From contig CAVSPT010000006.1 of assembly GCA_963729855.1 (NCBI GenBank), forward strand, positions 933,428 through 997,427: a stretch of 64,000 bases of DNA, given 5' to 3'. Position numbers and translations under genes: made by a program. Below are positions 10,681 to 18,774 of the stretch, one piece after another; positions within the stretch are counted from its first letter, which is position 1, and every line of letters begins with the position of its first letter. This stretch comes from Candidatus Aminicenantes bacterium. Lineage in GTDB: Bacteria > Acidobacteriota > Aminicenantia > Aminicenantales > UBA4085. The notes under the pieces are model-generated. The model worked only from the letters and a program-made list of their open reading frames with translations, was not told the DNA's origin and searched no databases.

Positions 10681-10773
10681 CTGGATTCTCTATTCTTTGA
10701 TCAAAGAGTATTACCCGGACGCCGGGAAGTCAAACGGGAGCGCCTCGAGAGCGGAAATCCGGCCGGACCCGGA

Positions 10774-11874
10774 TCATTCCGTCAACGGCCGCCTGCGGCG
10801 CAGGATGGCCGCCGTCCCGCCGATCACGCCCAGAAAATAGAGGGCGGCCCCTGCGTAGCGGAGCGGCAGGGCGGAAACGCCCGCTTCGCGGGACGCGGAA
10901 GGGCCGGCCGCGGGGAGCGGCACGGGGTCCCAGGGAAGGCCGTAACGGTCGGCCAGCCCCTTGACGTACAGAAGATGGATGATCGGAACACCCTTGGCGG
11001 CCATCGCCTGGATCAGGCCGCGGCGGCCGGGCGGCGGGATGAACACGTCGGCCGCGGGATTGAATCCCGGCCGGAGCTTCAGGACCTCGGAATCGACGCC
11101 CATGTTGACCCAGCTGCCGCCGACATTGACGAAGGCCATGATGGGGGCCGGCCCGGCCCGCTGCTCGAAAAGCCTCAGCCGCGCCCGCACGTCATCGGCC
11201 AGGGATTTTTCCTCGATCAAGGGGAGCCCCGCTTCGGCGATTTTCCGCCTCAGGAAATCCCGCCCTTCGGCCGTCATGTCCCTGCCGGCGTCCCCTTCTC
11301 CGCCTACGGACGCCGCCAGAAGCTTGGTATCGAGAACTCCGCTTCGCTTCAGGCAGGCGATCGTTTCCAGGCTCGTCCATCGCGGATCGTTCCCTCCCCA
11401 ATTCGAGGCCCCCAGGGAAAGGACGGGCAAAACCCGGACGTCCATGGCCCGGGCGGCGCAGAGGGTCGCGACGATGAAGCCCGGAAACGAGCTCGACGCG
11501 CTCACGGCCACGGCGTCACCGCGGCGGACTCCGGCTTCGCGGAACATCCGCACCACCGCCCCGGCAAACTGGGGATTGGCGGCCGTCCGCTTGGCCTCGA
11601 TCTGCCCGAGGGACGTGGTGATCGGAGAAGCCTCCACGCCCAGGAGCCCCGTCCGGTTAAGGTCGGTCCGTGGGTCGATGGGCACTCCGGCCGCCAGCCG
11701 GCAGGCCCGGACCGCATCCAGCGCCCGGTTCATCAGCCGGACGGCTCCGTCCTCGTCTTTGTCCATCATGCGGCCACCGGGGAGGATGAGCAGGAAAAGC
11801 AAAAAGAGCGCGCTCCAGAGGCCCATGGCGGAGACCAGGACGGCCGGCGACCGCGGGGAATGCCGGGTTTCCAT
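10774..11874 (-). CDS. Third gene of the pgsBC operon; poly-gamma-glutamate system protein-like (not CapA-like)
   Basis: 366 aa. ATG 11874 lies 1 nt after the pgsC stop. One N-terminal TM helix (LWSALFLLFLLILPG), then a large soluble domain. Its position and size match my recollection of the family that accompanies PgsB/PgsC in non-Firmicutes in place of PgsA/CapA. This was not verified by search. Confidence 0.5.
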   Translation of the reverse strand: METRHSPRSPAVLVSAMGLWSALFLLFLLILPGGRMMDKDEDGAVRLMNRALDAVRACRLAAGVPIDPRTDLNRTGLLGVEASPITTSLGQIEAKRTAANPQFAGAVVRMFREAGVRRGDAVAVSASSSFPGFIVATLCAARAMDVRVLPVLSLGASNWGGNDPRWTSLETIACLKRSGVLDTKLLAASVGGEGDAGRDMTAEGRDFLRRKIAEAGLPLIEEKSLADDVRARLRLFEQRAGPAPIMAFVNVGGSWVNMGVDSEVLKLRPGFNPAADVFIPPPGRRGLIQAMAAKGVPIIHLLYVKGLADRYGLPWDPVPLPAAGPSASREAGVSALPLRYAGAALYFLGVIGGTAAILRRRRPLTE

Positions 11875-11875
11875 C

Positions 11876-12307
11876 TCAGACCCGGAAAACGAGCCTGGCC
11901 AGGGCGGTCGTGACCGCCGTGGCCGTGGCCAGAGAGGCCAGGGTCAGCCAGAATTTCTGGCGAGCCAGAGTGTTGGCCAGCAAGCCGGGGACGATCCAGC
12001 CGATGACACGAAGATCGAGCGGGGCGGAAAACAATTTCGGCCAGAAGACAAGCCAGATCTGGCCGATCAGGCCCCCCAGAAGCAGCATGAAGACAAAGCG
12101 CCGGCGGCCGAAGAGAAGCAGCCTCGCCGACAGAAAGCGGAACGCCCCGAGCGCGAGGATGGCCGCTCCCAAGGTCGCCGCGATCCGCCAGGGCTGATCG
12201 GCGTAAAGGGCGAAATAGGCCGGGACGATGATCCCGCCCGGAAGGATCCCCGTGATTTCGACGTAGAGCAGGGCGACCGCCAGGCCGATCAGGATCGTGG
12301 TCGCCAT
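11876..12307 (-). CDS. pgsC: Poly-gamma-glutamate biosynthesis membrane protein PgsC/CapC
   Basis: 143 aa with four hydrophobic helices. MATTILIGLAVALLYVEITGILPGGIIVPAYFALY.. matches the CapC/PgsC pattern. ATG 12305-12307 overlaps the pgsB stop (ATGA). Only the last 143 codons of ORF-track 11876..13405 are used. Confidence 0.75.
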   Translation of the reverse strand: MATTILIGLAVALLYVEITGILPGGIIVPAYFALYADQPWRIAATLGAAILALGAFRFLSARLLLFGRRRFVFMLLLGGLIGQIWLVFWPKLFSAPLDLRVIGWIVPGLLANTLARQKFWLTLASLATATAVTTALARLVFRV

Positions 12308-13506
12308 CAGGCCGCCTCCCCGACGCGGTCCCAGAGATCGATGAGCGCAGCGCCCGCGCCGCCGATGTTGCCCATTCCGATGAACACCGCGGGCAGAGTC
12401 CCCGCCCGCATTTCGGCGGCGCCCATGATCCGGGCGGGGTCGACCCCGGCCACTCCGACGACGAACGGGCCCCGCGGGATGCGGCGGCCCAAGCGCCGGG
12501 CGGCGGGCATGGCCGGCCGCCCCACGACGAGGATCCCCGCGAAACCGGAGAAGAAACCCGCGCCGGCCGCTTCCAGCCACTGGCGGGTCCGGTCCTCCCG
12601 GTCCTCGCGAAGGTTCAGAATCCCGATCCGCCGCTCCGGCAAGCCGGGCCGGATCTCCGCCAGCCGGTCCAGGACGCGGCGGGTCGACTCGGGTTCGTTG
12701 GCGGCGAAAGCGCTCACGGCGTAGCGCGGCGGATCGGCGGGCCCGCCGTGCAGGCGCCTGATCCGGAGGGCGCCGAAGTCCGGGACGACCGCGTCCATTC
12801 CGGCCTCGGCCCGCTCGCGCCCGACCCCGAGCGTTTCGGCCGCGGCCAGGGCCAGGAGGCGATTCTCGGGGAACTCGAAATCGCCCCCGGGCCGGGAAGC
12901 GGTTTCGCCTCCCGGGACGCGGCCGGGAACGATCACGATCCGGGCGCCCTGCCGGCCGGCGGCGGCGTGGAAGGCCGGGTGGTCCTCGGCGGCCGGAACG
13001 AGGACCGTGCAGCCGGGCGCGATGGCCGCGCTCAGCGAGACGGCGACCGCGTCGCGGGTCCGGCCCATCTCTTCGCGGTGGTCGACGCGGGCGTTCGTAA
13101 TGACAAGGAGGTCCGGTTTCAGGATCCGGACCGCCTCGGCCCGCAGGCATTCCGGCCGGATGCTCATCATTTCGGCAACTAGGGCATCGACCCGGCCGCG
13201 CGCGGCGGTCCTCAGGACGCGCTTCTGTTCGAGGATGGAGGGCGGGCCGGTCCGGGCGATCAGGCGCTCCGATCCGTCCGTTCCGGACAGGGCGGGTCTC
13301 GATCCGGTCGTCTTGGCCAGGACGATCCGGCCGTCCCCGCGAAGGGCCGCGGCGATGAGGCGGGTCACGGACGACTTGCCTCGCGTTCCGGTCACGGCCA
13401 CGCACCGGGGGATGCGGCGCCGGGAGGCACCGAGGGACCGGTTCTCAGCCGACAGGAGGAGCAGGAAGCCGGTCAAAAGGGCCGACGCGGGAAGAAGTCC
13501 GTTCAC
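12307..13506 (-). CDS. pgsB: Poly-gamma-glutamate synthase PgsB/CapB (Mur-ligase-like amide ligase)
   Basis: Single N-terminal TM, then P-loop VAVTGTRGKSSVTRL, VAEMMSIRPE and LLVITNARVDHREEMG. The layout is as in CapB (about 393 aa). Start set to GTG 13506 (399 aa), because the ORF-track TTG 13572 lies inside the U-run of the upstream terminator. Confidence 0.8.
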   Translation of the reverse strand: MNGLLPASALLTGFLLLLSAENRSLGASRRRIPRCVAVTGTRGKSSVTRLIAAALRGDGRIVLAKTTGSRPALSGTDGSERLIARTGPPSILEQKRVLRTAARGRVDALVAEMMSIRPECLRAEAVRILKPDLLVITNARVDHREEMGRTRDAVAVSLSAAIAPGCTVLVPAAEDHPAFHAAAGRQGARIVIVPGRVPGGETASRPGGDFEFPENRLLALAAAETLGVGRERAEAGMDAVVPDFGALRIRRLHGGPADPPRYAVSAFAANEPESTRRVLDRLAEIRPGLPERRIGILNLREDREDRTRQWLEAAGAGFFSGFAGILVVGRPAMPAARRLGRRIPRGPFVVGVAGVDPARIMGAAEMRAGTLPAVFIGMGNIGGAGAALIDLWDRVGEAA

Positions 13507-13570
13507 GCCGATATTGTATTTTTTCTTCGGCCAAATGAACAGGCCCGAAAAGGCGGACCCGCGGCGGGCC

Positions 13571-13610
13571 AAAAAAAAAGAGGCGAAAGAGTTTGGGGCT
13601 CTTTCGCCTC
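13571..13610 (-). terminator. Rho-independent terminator (12-bp GC-rich stem, 7-nt loop, U9)
   Basis: Minus-strand RNA reads GAGGCGAAAGAG-ccccaaa-CUCUUUCGCCUC followed by UUUUUUUUU (plus-strand A-run 13571-13579). It lies downstream of the CheY-like gene and of a sigma-54-type promoter, 65 nt before pgsB. Confidence 0.65.
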
Positions 13611-13680
13611 CCCACTGAAAGGAAGAGAGTTGAAAAGTTTATGAAAGGCACTCGATAGGTGCCACTTCTGCTCTTAATCT

Positions 13681-13696
13681 TGCATATTTCGTGCCA
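13681..13696 (-). promoter_or_regulatory. Sigma-54 (-24/-12) promoter candidate upstream of the terminator/pgsB leader
   Basis: Minus strand TGGCACgaaatATGCA keeps GG-N10-GC and matches the consensus TGGCAC-N5-TTGCW. It lies in an AT-rich intergenic region. Confidence 0.55.
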
Positions 13697-13805
13697 TATT
13701 CGGATCGGACTTTTGAAACGATCCATCTCTGTAAACGGTTTTCATCCGGTCCGGAAACGGAAAATACCGCAAACAGAATTTACATGATGAAAAAAAAGTT
13801 TACGT

Positions 13806-14192
13806 TTAGAGGCTTTTCCCAAGGAATTCGTCCTTGGTCAGCAGGTAATCGATCGACCGGCTCAAGGCGTCCAGGTCGAGCGGCTTGGCGAAGAAATGGC
13901 CGATCCCCAGCCGGCTCAGCACGCCGGGATCGACGAGCTCGGCATGGGCGGAAATGAGGATGACCTCGCCCCGGTAGCCTTTGGCCCGGAGATCGGAGAC
14001 TAGCTCCACGCCGTCTTTGCCCGGCAGGCGCAGATCGGCAATAAGCAGGTCGAAGGCCCCGCTCTTGAAACGCTCCAGGACTTCCTCGGCGTCCTTGGCC
14101 GGATAAACCCGGTACTTTTTGTTCAACAGGAGGAAGAAGGTTTTGCGGATGGATTCTTCGTCGTCGACGAGGACGATTTTTTTGCCTAACAT
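13806..14192 (-). CDS. Single-domain response regulator (CheY-like receiver)
   Basis: 128 aa. VLVDDEESIRK.., phospho-acceptor context DLLIADLRLPGKDG, and a conserved K region (FFAKPLD). ATG 14192 with AAAGGA upstream. No output domain. Confidence 0.85.
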   Translation of the reverse strand: MLGKKIVLVDDEESIRKTFFLLLNKKYRVYPAKDAEEVLERFKSGAFDLLIADLRLPGKDGVELVSDLRAKGYRGEVILISAHAELVDPGVLSRLGIGHFFAKPLDLDALSRSIDYLLTKDEFLGKSL

Positions 14193-14230
14193 TTCATATC
14201 CTTTCTCAGATGACTGACGTCTGAAGATTA

Positions 14231-14246
14231 TGCAGGTTTTGTGCCA
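14231..14246 (-). promoter_or_regulatory. Sigma-54 (-24/-12) promoter candidate for the CheY-like gene
   Basis: Minus strand TGGCACaaaacCTGCA (GG-N10-GC), ending about 38 nt upstream of ATG 14192. Confidence 0.6.
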
Positions 14247-14348
14247 ACGCCCCGATCAAGAGATCAGGGGAAATTCCGGGGCCTGTTGTCCTCCCGAGAG
14301 GACGCCCGCCAAGGTAATTTACAGGAGCGGGTAAAGTCTCTTTGCGCG

Positions 14349-15683
14349 CTAAATCTCCAAGCTGTAATCCTTGATCTTCTTGTCCAGCGTCGGCCGGCTG
14401 ATCTGGAGGATCTGGCTGGCCTGCGTCTTGCTCCCCTTCACCGACGTCAGGACGTAGCGGATGTACTCCTTTTCCACTTCATCGAGCGAGGTCAGCGTCC
14501 GGGCGAAAAGCTTCTTGTCCTCGATGTCGACGGGCAGGTTCTCCTTCAGGACGATGTCGCCCTTGGCCAGGATGACCGCCCGGGTCAGGGCGTTTTCCAG
14601 CTCCCGGACGTTCCCCTTCCAAGTCAGATCGGTCAACATCTTCATGACCTCCGGCGGAACCTTGCGGACGTTCTTGCGCAGGTCGCGGTTGATCTTCTCC
14701 AGCAGATAGGCGGCCAGGTCGGGGATGTCCTCTTTGCGCTCGCGCAGCGGCGGCAGGTCGATTTCCACGACTTTCAGCCGGTAATACAGGTCCTCGCGGA
14801 ATTTGCCGGCCTCGATGAAGGCCCGCAGGCTTTGGTTGGTGGCGGCGATGATGCGGGCCTCGGTTTTCAGGACCCTCTCCCCGCCGACCTTCATGAAGTC
14901 CCGCGACTCGATGACCCGCAGGAGCTTGGACTGCAGGTTGGGCGAGACGTCGCCGATCTCGTCCAGGAACAGCGTGCCCTTGCCGGCGATCTCGAATTTG
15001 CCCTTGGTCTCGCAGTGGGCGTCGGTGAAGGCCCCCTTGACGTGGCCGAAGAGCTCGGACTCGAGCAGGGTGTCCTGGATGGCCGAGCAGTTGATGACGA
15101 TGAAGGGCTCGTCGCGGAAGGGGCTGTTGTAATGGATGGCCTTGGCCACGAGCTCCTTGCCCGTCCCGCTCTCGCCCTGGATGAGGACGTTGGTCCGCGT
15201 TCCGGCCACCGAGCCGATCAGCTTGAAGACGTCCCGCATGCGGGGCGAGCGGCCGATGAGGTTGTCGATCGTATAGTCCTTCTGCTTTTCCTGGATGAGG
15301 TAGCTGACCTTCTCTTCCAAGGCCTTGACCTGGAAGGCCTTCTCCACGGTCAGGTCGAGGGCCACGTAGTCGAGCGGCTTGACCAGATATTCGAAGGCCC
15401 CCAGCTTGACCGCCTCGACCGTCGTCTTCATGTCGTCGAAGGCGGTCATGATGACGACCGAAGCGGGATTTTCGTCCTCTTTCAGGCGGCGCAGGACGTC
15501 CAGGCCGTCCCGGTCGGGCAGGCGGATGTCCAGAAGAATGAGGTCGGGCCCCATTTCGGCCGCCCGGACCAGCCCGCTCTCGCCGTCCTCGGCCGTCTGG
15601 GCCTCGTATCCTTTCTTGCTCAGGTGGGAGGCCAGCGTTTTGCGGATGAGGGCGTCGTCGTCGATGATCAGAATGGACTTCAT
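14349..15683 (-). CDS. Sigma-54-dependent response regulator (NtrC-family enhancer-binding protein)
   Basis: 444 aa, ATG 15683 (ATGA overlap with the kinase stop). The ORF-track 777-aa version adds an out-of-context N-terminus read through the kinase gene. REC domain (LIIDDDALIRK, DLILLDIRLPDRDGL). AAA+ core (GESGTGKELVAKAIH, GAFTDA loop, TLFLDEIGD, RIIAATNQ). Fis-type HTH (SKTQASQILQISRPTLDKKIK). Confidence 0.9.
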   Translation of the reverse strand: MKSILIIDDDALIRKTLASHLSKKGYEAQTAEDGESGLVRAAEMGPDLILLDIRLPDRDGLDVLRRLKEDENPASVVIMTAFDDMKTTVEAVKLGAFEYLVKPLDYVALDLTVEKAFQVKALEEKVSYLIQEKQKDYTIDNLIGRSPRMRDVFKLIGSVAGTRTNVLIQGESGTGKELVAKAIHYNSPFRDEPFIVINCSAIQDTLLESELFGHVKGAFTDAHCETKGKFEIAGKGTLFLDEIGDVSPNLQSKLLRVIESRDFMKVGGERVLKTEARIIAATNQSLRAFIEAGKFREDLYYRLKVVEIDLPPLRERKEDIPDLAAYLLEKINRDLRKNVRKVPPEVMKMLTDLTWKGNVRELENALTRAVILAKGDIVLKENLPVDIEDKKLFARTLTSLDEVEKEYIRYVLTSVKGSKTQASQILQISRPTLDKKIKDYSLEI

Positions 15684-17137
15684 GGCAGGTCCTCGCAGGG
15701 CAGCAGGATTTCGAAGGCCGTTCCCGGCCCGCGATGGGGGACGACACGGATGGAGCCCTTGTGCTGTTCGATGATCTTGCGGGCGTTGGCCAGGCCAAGG
15801 CCGAAGCCCTGGGGCTTGGTCGTGAAGAAGGGTTCGAAGATGGTCTCCCAGTCCTTCTCGGGGATGCCGCAGCCGTTGTCCGAGATGCGGACGCGCAGCC
15901 GGCAGACGCCGCCCTGGTCGATCCGGGCGGCGGCGATGGACACCCGGCCCCCGGGCTCGACGGCCTCGGCCGAATTGCGCAGGACGTTGGCGAAAACCTG
16001 GCGGAGGCGGTCGCCGTCCACGGCGACTTCGGGCAGTCCGGGGGCGTAACGCCGCTCCACGGCGATCCGCTTCTCGGCGAAGGCGCCGCGGAGGAGCTTG
16101 ATGCTCTCGTCCAGGACCTGCTCGATGGCGAAGCGGTCCTTCTGCAGCTCGGAGACCCGGGTGAAATTGAGGAGCTCCTTGATGAAGCGCTCGATCTGGC
16201 CGATGCCTTCCTCGGACAGGGCCAGGTGCTCGTGCTCGATCTCGTCGATGTGCGGGCTGCTCCGGATCTTCTGGATGTTCAGCTTGACTGAGGTCAGGGG
16301 GTTGCGGATCTCGTGGGCGATGGTCACGGCCATCCGTCCGATCTGGGCCAGCTTCTCCGACTGGATGAGCTTCTTGTTGGTCGCCTCGATCTCCTCGAGC
16401 GTCAGGCGGAGCTTCTCGCTCATCTCGTTGAAGCGGCTGGCCAGGTGGCCGATTTCGTCCTTGGAATCGATGTCGATCTTGTGGGCGAAATCGCCGCGGG
16501 CGATGCGGACCGTGCCCTCGGACAAGCGTTTCAGGGGCCGAGTGATCCGGCGGGCCAGGACGGTCGCGCCCAGAGTGCCCAGCAGCAGGCCGGCCGCGCC
16601 GAGGAGGAGGAGGACCCGGCGGATCTTGCGGATCTCGGCCGGCAGGCGGGCCAGGGACAGGCCCAGCTTGACCGAGCCCCACCGGCTGTCCGAGCCCCGG
16701 TCGTAAATGGGGATCTCGATCTCCAGGATGCGGCGGAGGGCCTTGTTCAGAAGGACGTCCTTGGCCTGGATATAGACGCTTTTCGGACGGATATCGCCCT
16801 GGAGCTGGCTCTGGCTGTAAACGGCCCGTTCGGAGGCGATCTGGCGGTTATAGACGATCGGGGTGGCGTAGCGGTCGTAGATGACGATGTACAGCCGGTT
16901 CTCGTCGATCTGCTCGTCCACGCTGGACTGCAAGGCGTCGACGTCCCAGACCAGGAGCGAGCGGAGATTGGCCTCGGCCATGCTCCGGGCGAAGAGCAGC
17001 CCGCGGTTGGTGAATTCGTCGAAAATGGTGTTGACTTCGCGTCTCTCGACGACCCAGAGGACGGCCGCGACCAGGACGATGACCAGGGCGGCCGACCAGA
17101 TGGCGAAGCGCTTCTGCAGGGACAGCTGGACCATCAC
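15680..17137 (-). CDS. Membrane sensor histidine kinase (periplasmic domain, HAMP, HisKA, HATPase_c)
   Basis: Start is GTG 17137 or ATG 17134; both overlap the SBP stop (GTGATGG). TM1 (AIWSAALVIVLVAAVLWVV), a periplasmic region of about 150 aa, TM2, and HAMP (RPLKRLSEGTVRIARGDFAHKIDIDSKDEIGHLASRFNEM). H-box AVTIAHEIRNPLTSV. N/G boxes VLRNSAEA, DNGCGIP and GFGLGLA. Confidence 0.85.
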   Translation of the reverse strand: MMVQLSLQKRFAIWSAALVIVLVAAVLWVVERREVNTIFDEFTNRGLLFARSMAEANLRSLLVWDVDALQSSVDEQIDENRLYIVIYDRYATPIVYNRQIASERAVYSQSQLQGDIRPKSVYIQAKDVLLNKALRRILEIEIPIYDRGSDSRWGSVKLGLSLARLPAEIRKIRRVLLLLGAAGLLLGTLGATVLARRITRPLKRLSEGTVRIARGDFAHKIDIDSKDEIGHLASRFNEMSEKLRLTLEEIEATNKKLIQSEKLAQIGRMAVTIAHEIRNPLTSVKLNIQKIRSSPHIDEIEHEHLALSEEGIGQIERFIKELLNFTRVSELQKDRFAIEQVLDESIKLLRGAFAEKRIAVERRYAPGLPEVAVDGDRLRQVFANVLRNSAEAVEPGGRVSIAAARIDQGGVCRLRVRISDNGCGIPEKDWETIFEPFFTTKPQGFGLGLANARKIIEQHKGSIRVVPHRGPGTAFEILLPCEDLP

Positions 17138-18753
17138 GGTCTCTGGTCCTTCGGGTCCAGCCAGACGAAGCGGGTGTCGAGGTAGGAGAGGCCCATGGCC
17201 GGGATCTTCAGCCCGTGGACGCGGCCCTGGACGGCGAAACGCTCCTCGGAGAAGAATAGCGGCAGGGCCGGCACGTCCTGGGCCAGGATCCTCTCCATGC
17301 GGCGGAAGAGATCGACGCGCCGGGTCCAGCTTTTTTCCACATCGGCCTCCTCGTAGAGTTTGTCGAAATCCGGCGACGCGTAGCGGCAGGCCGAGCGGTT
17401 GAATTCCGAGCCCGACGTGAACAGCGGCTGGACGATGCTTTCGGCGTCGGGGAAATCCATCCGCCAGGGGACGAAGGCCAGAAACGGCTGCTTGACGTCA
17501 TGCAAGGCGGCCATCGAGCGGACAAAACGGACGGACACCGGAATTCCGACCGCTCCGAGCTGGGCCTCCATCTCGCGGCCCAGCTGGACGGTCGCTTCGG
17601 AGCGCGGAAGGGGGATGAAGCAGAGGAGCTCGGGAAATGACCGTTCCACGAAATACCCGAAATCGGAGAGGAGGCGGCGGGCCTTTCCGGGATCGCCCGA
17701 CAACAGGTCGTCCAAGGGAAAGAATCCCGGAAGTCCGGAGGGGATGAAATTGGCCGAGCTGCGCAGGGCTCCGGCAGGGCCGCCCCAAGCCAGGGCCAGC
17801 TTGTCCTTGTCGATGGCGGCGGCGACGGCCAGGCGGACCGCGGCGCTGTCCAGGGGAGGATTCTGACAGCTCATCATCAGGTACGTCATGTTGTAGAGCC
17901 CGCCCTGGACGATCTGCGACTTGGAGGTCGCCATCCGTTCGGACAGGAAAGGCATGACGTGGACGTCACCGTCCATGAACTGGTTGATGGAAAAATGAGG
18001 GCTGAATTCGACGATGTCTAGATAGGGCCGGCGGTCGTGGTAGCGGGGGAAGCGCTCCAGCCGGACGCCGACCACGTCCAGGAGGGGGCTGCGGACCCAA
18101 TACCCGAATTTGAACGGCCCCGTGCCCACCGGCTGCCAGAAGAAACTCCGGCCCTGGTCGAGGAGCAGGTCCCGGGGCAGGATCTTGCAGAAGCTCATGC
18201 TCAGGAGGTAAAGGGCCGAGACATAGGGGTTCTTCCACTGGATCTCGAAGACGAATTTCTCGGGGGCCCGGAATCCCGAGACCTCGTCGGCCTTGCCGTC
18301 CCAGAACTCCTGGGCCCCGGCCACCTTGTTGATGAACAACGGGGCGTAAGGCGACTGGGTGTCCCGACGGAGCAGCCGTTCCAGCGAGAACTTGACGTCC
18401 TGCGAGTCCATCTCCCGGCCGTGATGGAACATGACGCCCCGCTTCAGGATAAATGTCGTCCGCCGGCCGTCCTCGGAGATGATCCAATATTCGGCCAGGG
18501 CGGGGATGATGTCGAGCTTGGCGCTGAGGCGAACGAGGCCCTCGTAGAGCTGTTCCGTGGCAAACGTCCAGGAAGGGACGGCCGGGTCCAGGTTGGGCTG
18601 AAGCGGCCCGCCGTCCTCGCGGACACGCAGGACGCCTCCATATCTGGGCACGTCCTCGGAGGGGGCCGGGCCCGCCGATCCCGCGATCAGGCCGGACGCG
18701 AGAAGGACCGCCGATACGGCGATCGATCCCCGTTTGAGATGGCTTTTATTCAT
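17134..18753 (-). CDS. Periplasmic solute-binding protein, family 5 (DppA/OppA-like), without cognate transporter genes
   Basis: 539 aa. Signal peptide (MNKSHLKRGSIAVSAVLLASGLIAGSA). PRYGGVLRV, LAEYWIISEDGRRTTFILKRGVMFHHG and GTGPFKF are typical of SBP_bac_5. No permease or ATPase gene is adjacent; the stop overlaps the kinase start. Confidence 0.8.
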   Translation of the reverse strand: MNKSHLKRGSIAVSAVLLASGLIAGSAGPAPSEDVPRYGGVLRVREDGGPLQPNLDPAVPSWTFATEQLYEGLVRLSAKLDIIPALAEYWIISEDGRRTTFILKRGVMFHHGREMDSQDVKFSLERLLRRDTQSPYAPLFINKVAGAQEFWDGKADEVSGFRAPEKFVFEIQWKNPYVSALYLLSMSFCKILPRDLLLDQGRSFFWQPVGTGPFKFGYWVRSPLLDVVGVRLERFPRYHDRRPYLDIVEFSPHFSINQFMDGDVHVMPFLSERMATSKSQIVQGGLYNMTYLMMSCQNPPLDSAAVRLAVAAAIDKDKLALAWGGPAGALRSSANFIPSGLPGFFPLDDLLSGDPGKARRLLSDFGYFVERSFPELLCFIPLPRSEATVQLGREMEAQLGAVGIPVSVRFVRSMAALHDVKQPFLAFVPWRMDFPDAESIVQPLFTSGSEFNRSACRYASPDFDKLYEEADVEKSWTRRVDLFRRMERILAQDVPALPLFFSEERFAVQGRVHGLKIPAMGLSYLDTRFVWLDPKDQRP

Positions 18754-18774
18754 TAAGGAAACGATGAAATTTAG

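Noticed and set aside
13507-13572. ORF-track start (TTG 13572) for pgsB
   Set aside because: That codon lies inside the U-run of the intrinsic terminator. GTG 13506 gives an N-terminus (short TM then P-loop) collinear with CapB.
13643-13664. Another TGGCAC (13664->13659) in the pgs leader as a fourth local sigma-54 promoter
   Set aside because: The downstream GC is at N12 rather than N10 (TGGCACctatcgaGTGCC). The sequence is better explained as a 5-bp hairpin GGCAC/GUGCC within the leader.
13445-13957. Small ORFs in the regulatory gap (13445..13726 minus, 13691..13957 plus)
   Set aside because: They have no RBS and atypical composition. They overlap the terminator, the promoter candidates and the CheY-like gene, so they are more likely non-coding.
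14349-16682. 777-aa ORF suggesting a fused kinase/activator protein
   Set aside because: The first ~330 residues are an out-of-frame read through the histidine kinase gene (Pro/Arg-rich). The true activator starts at ATG 15683 (MKSILIIDDD), overlapping the kinase stop.
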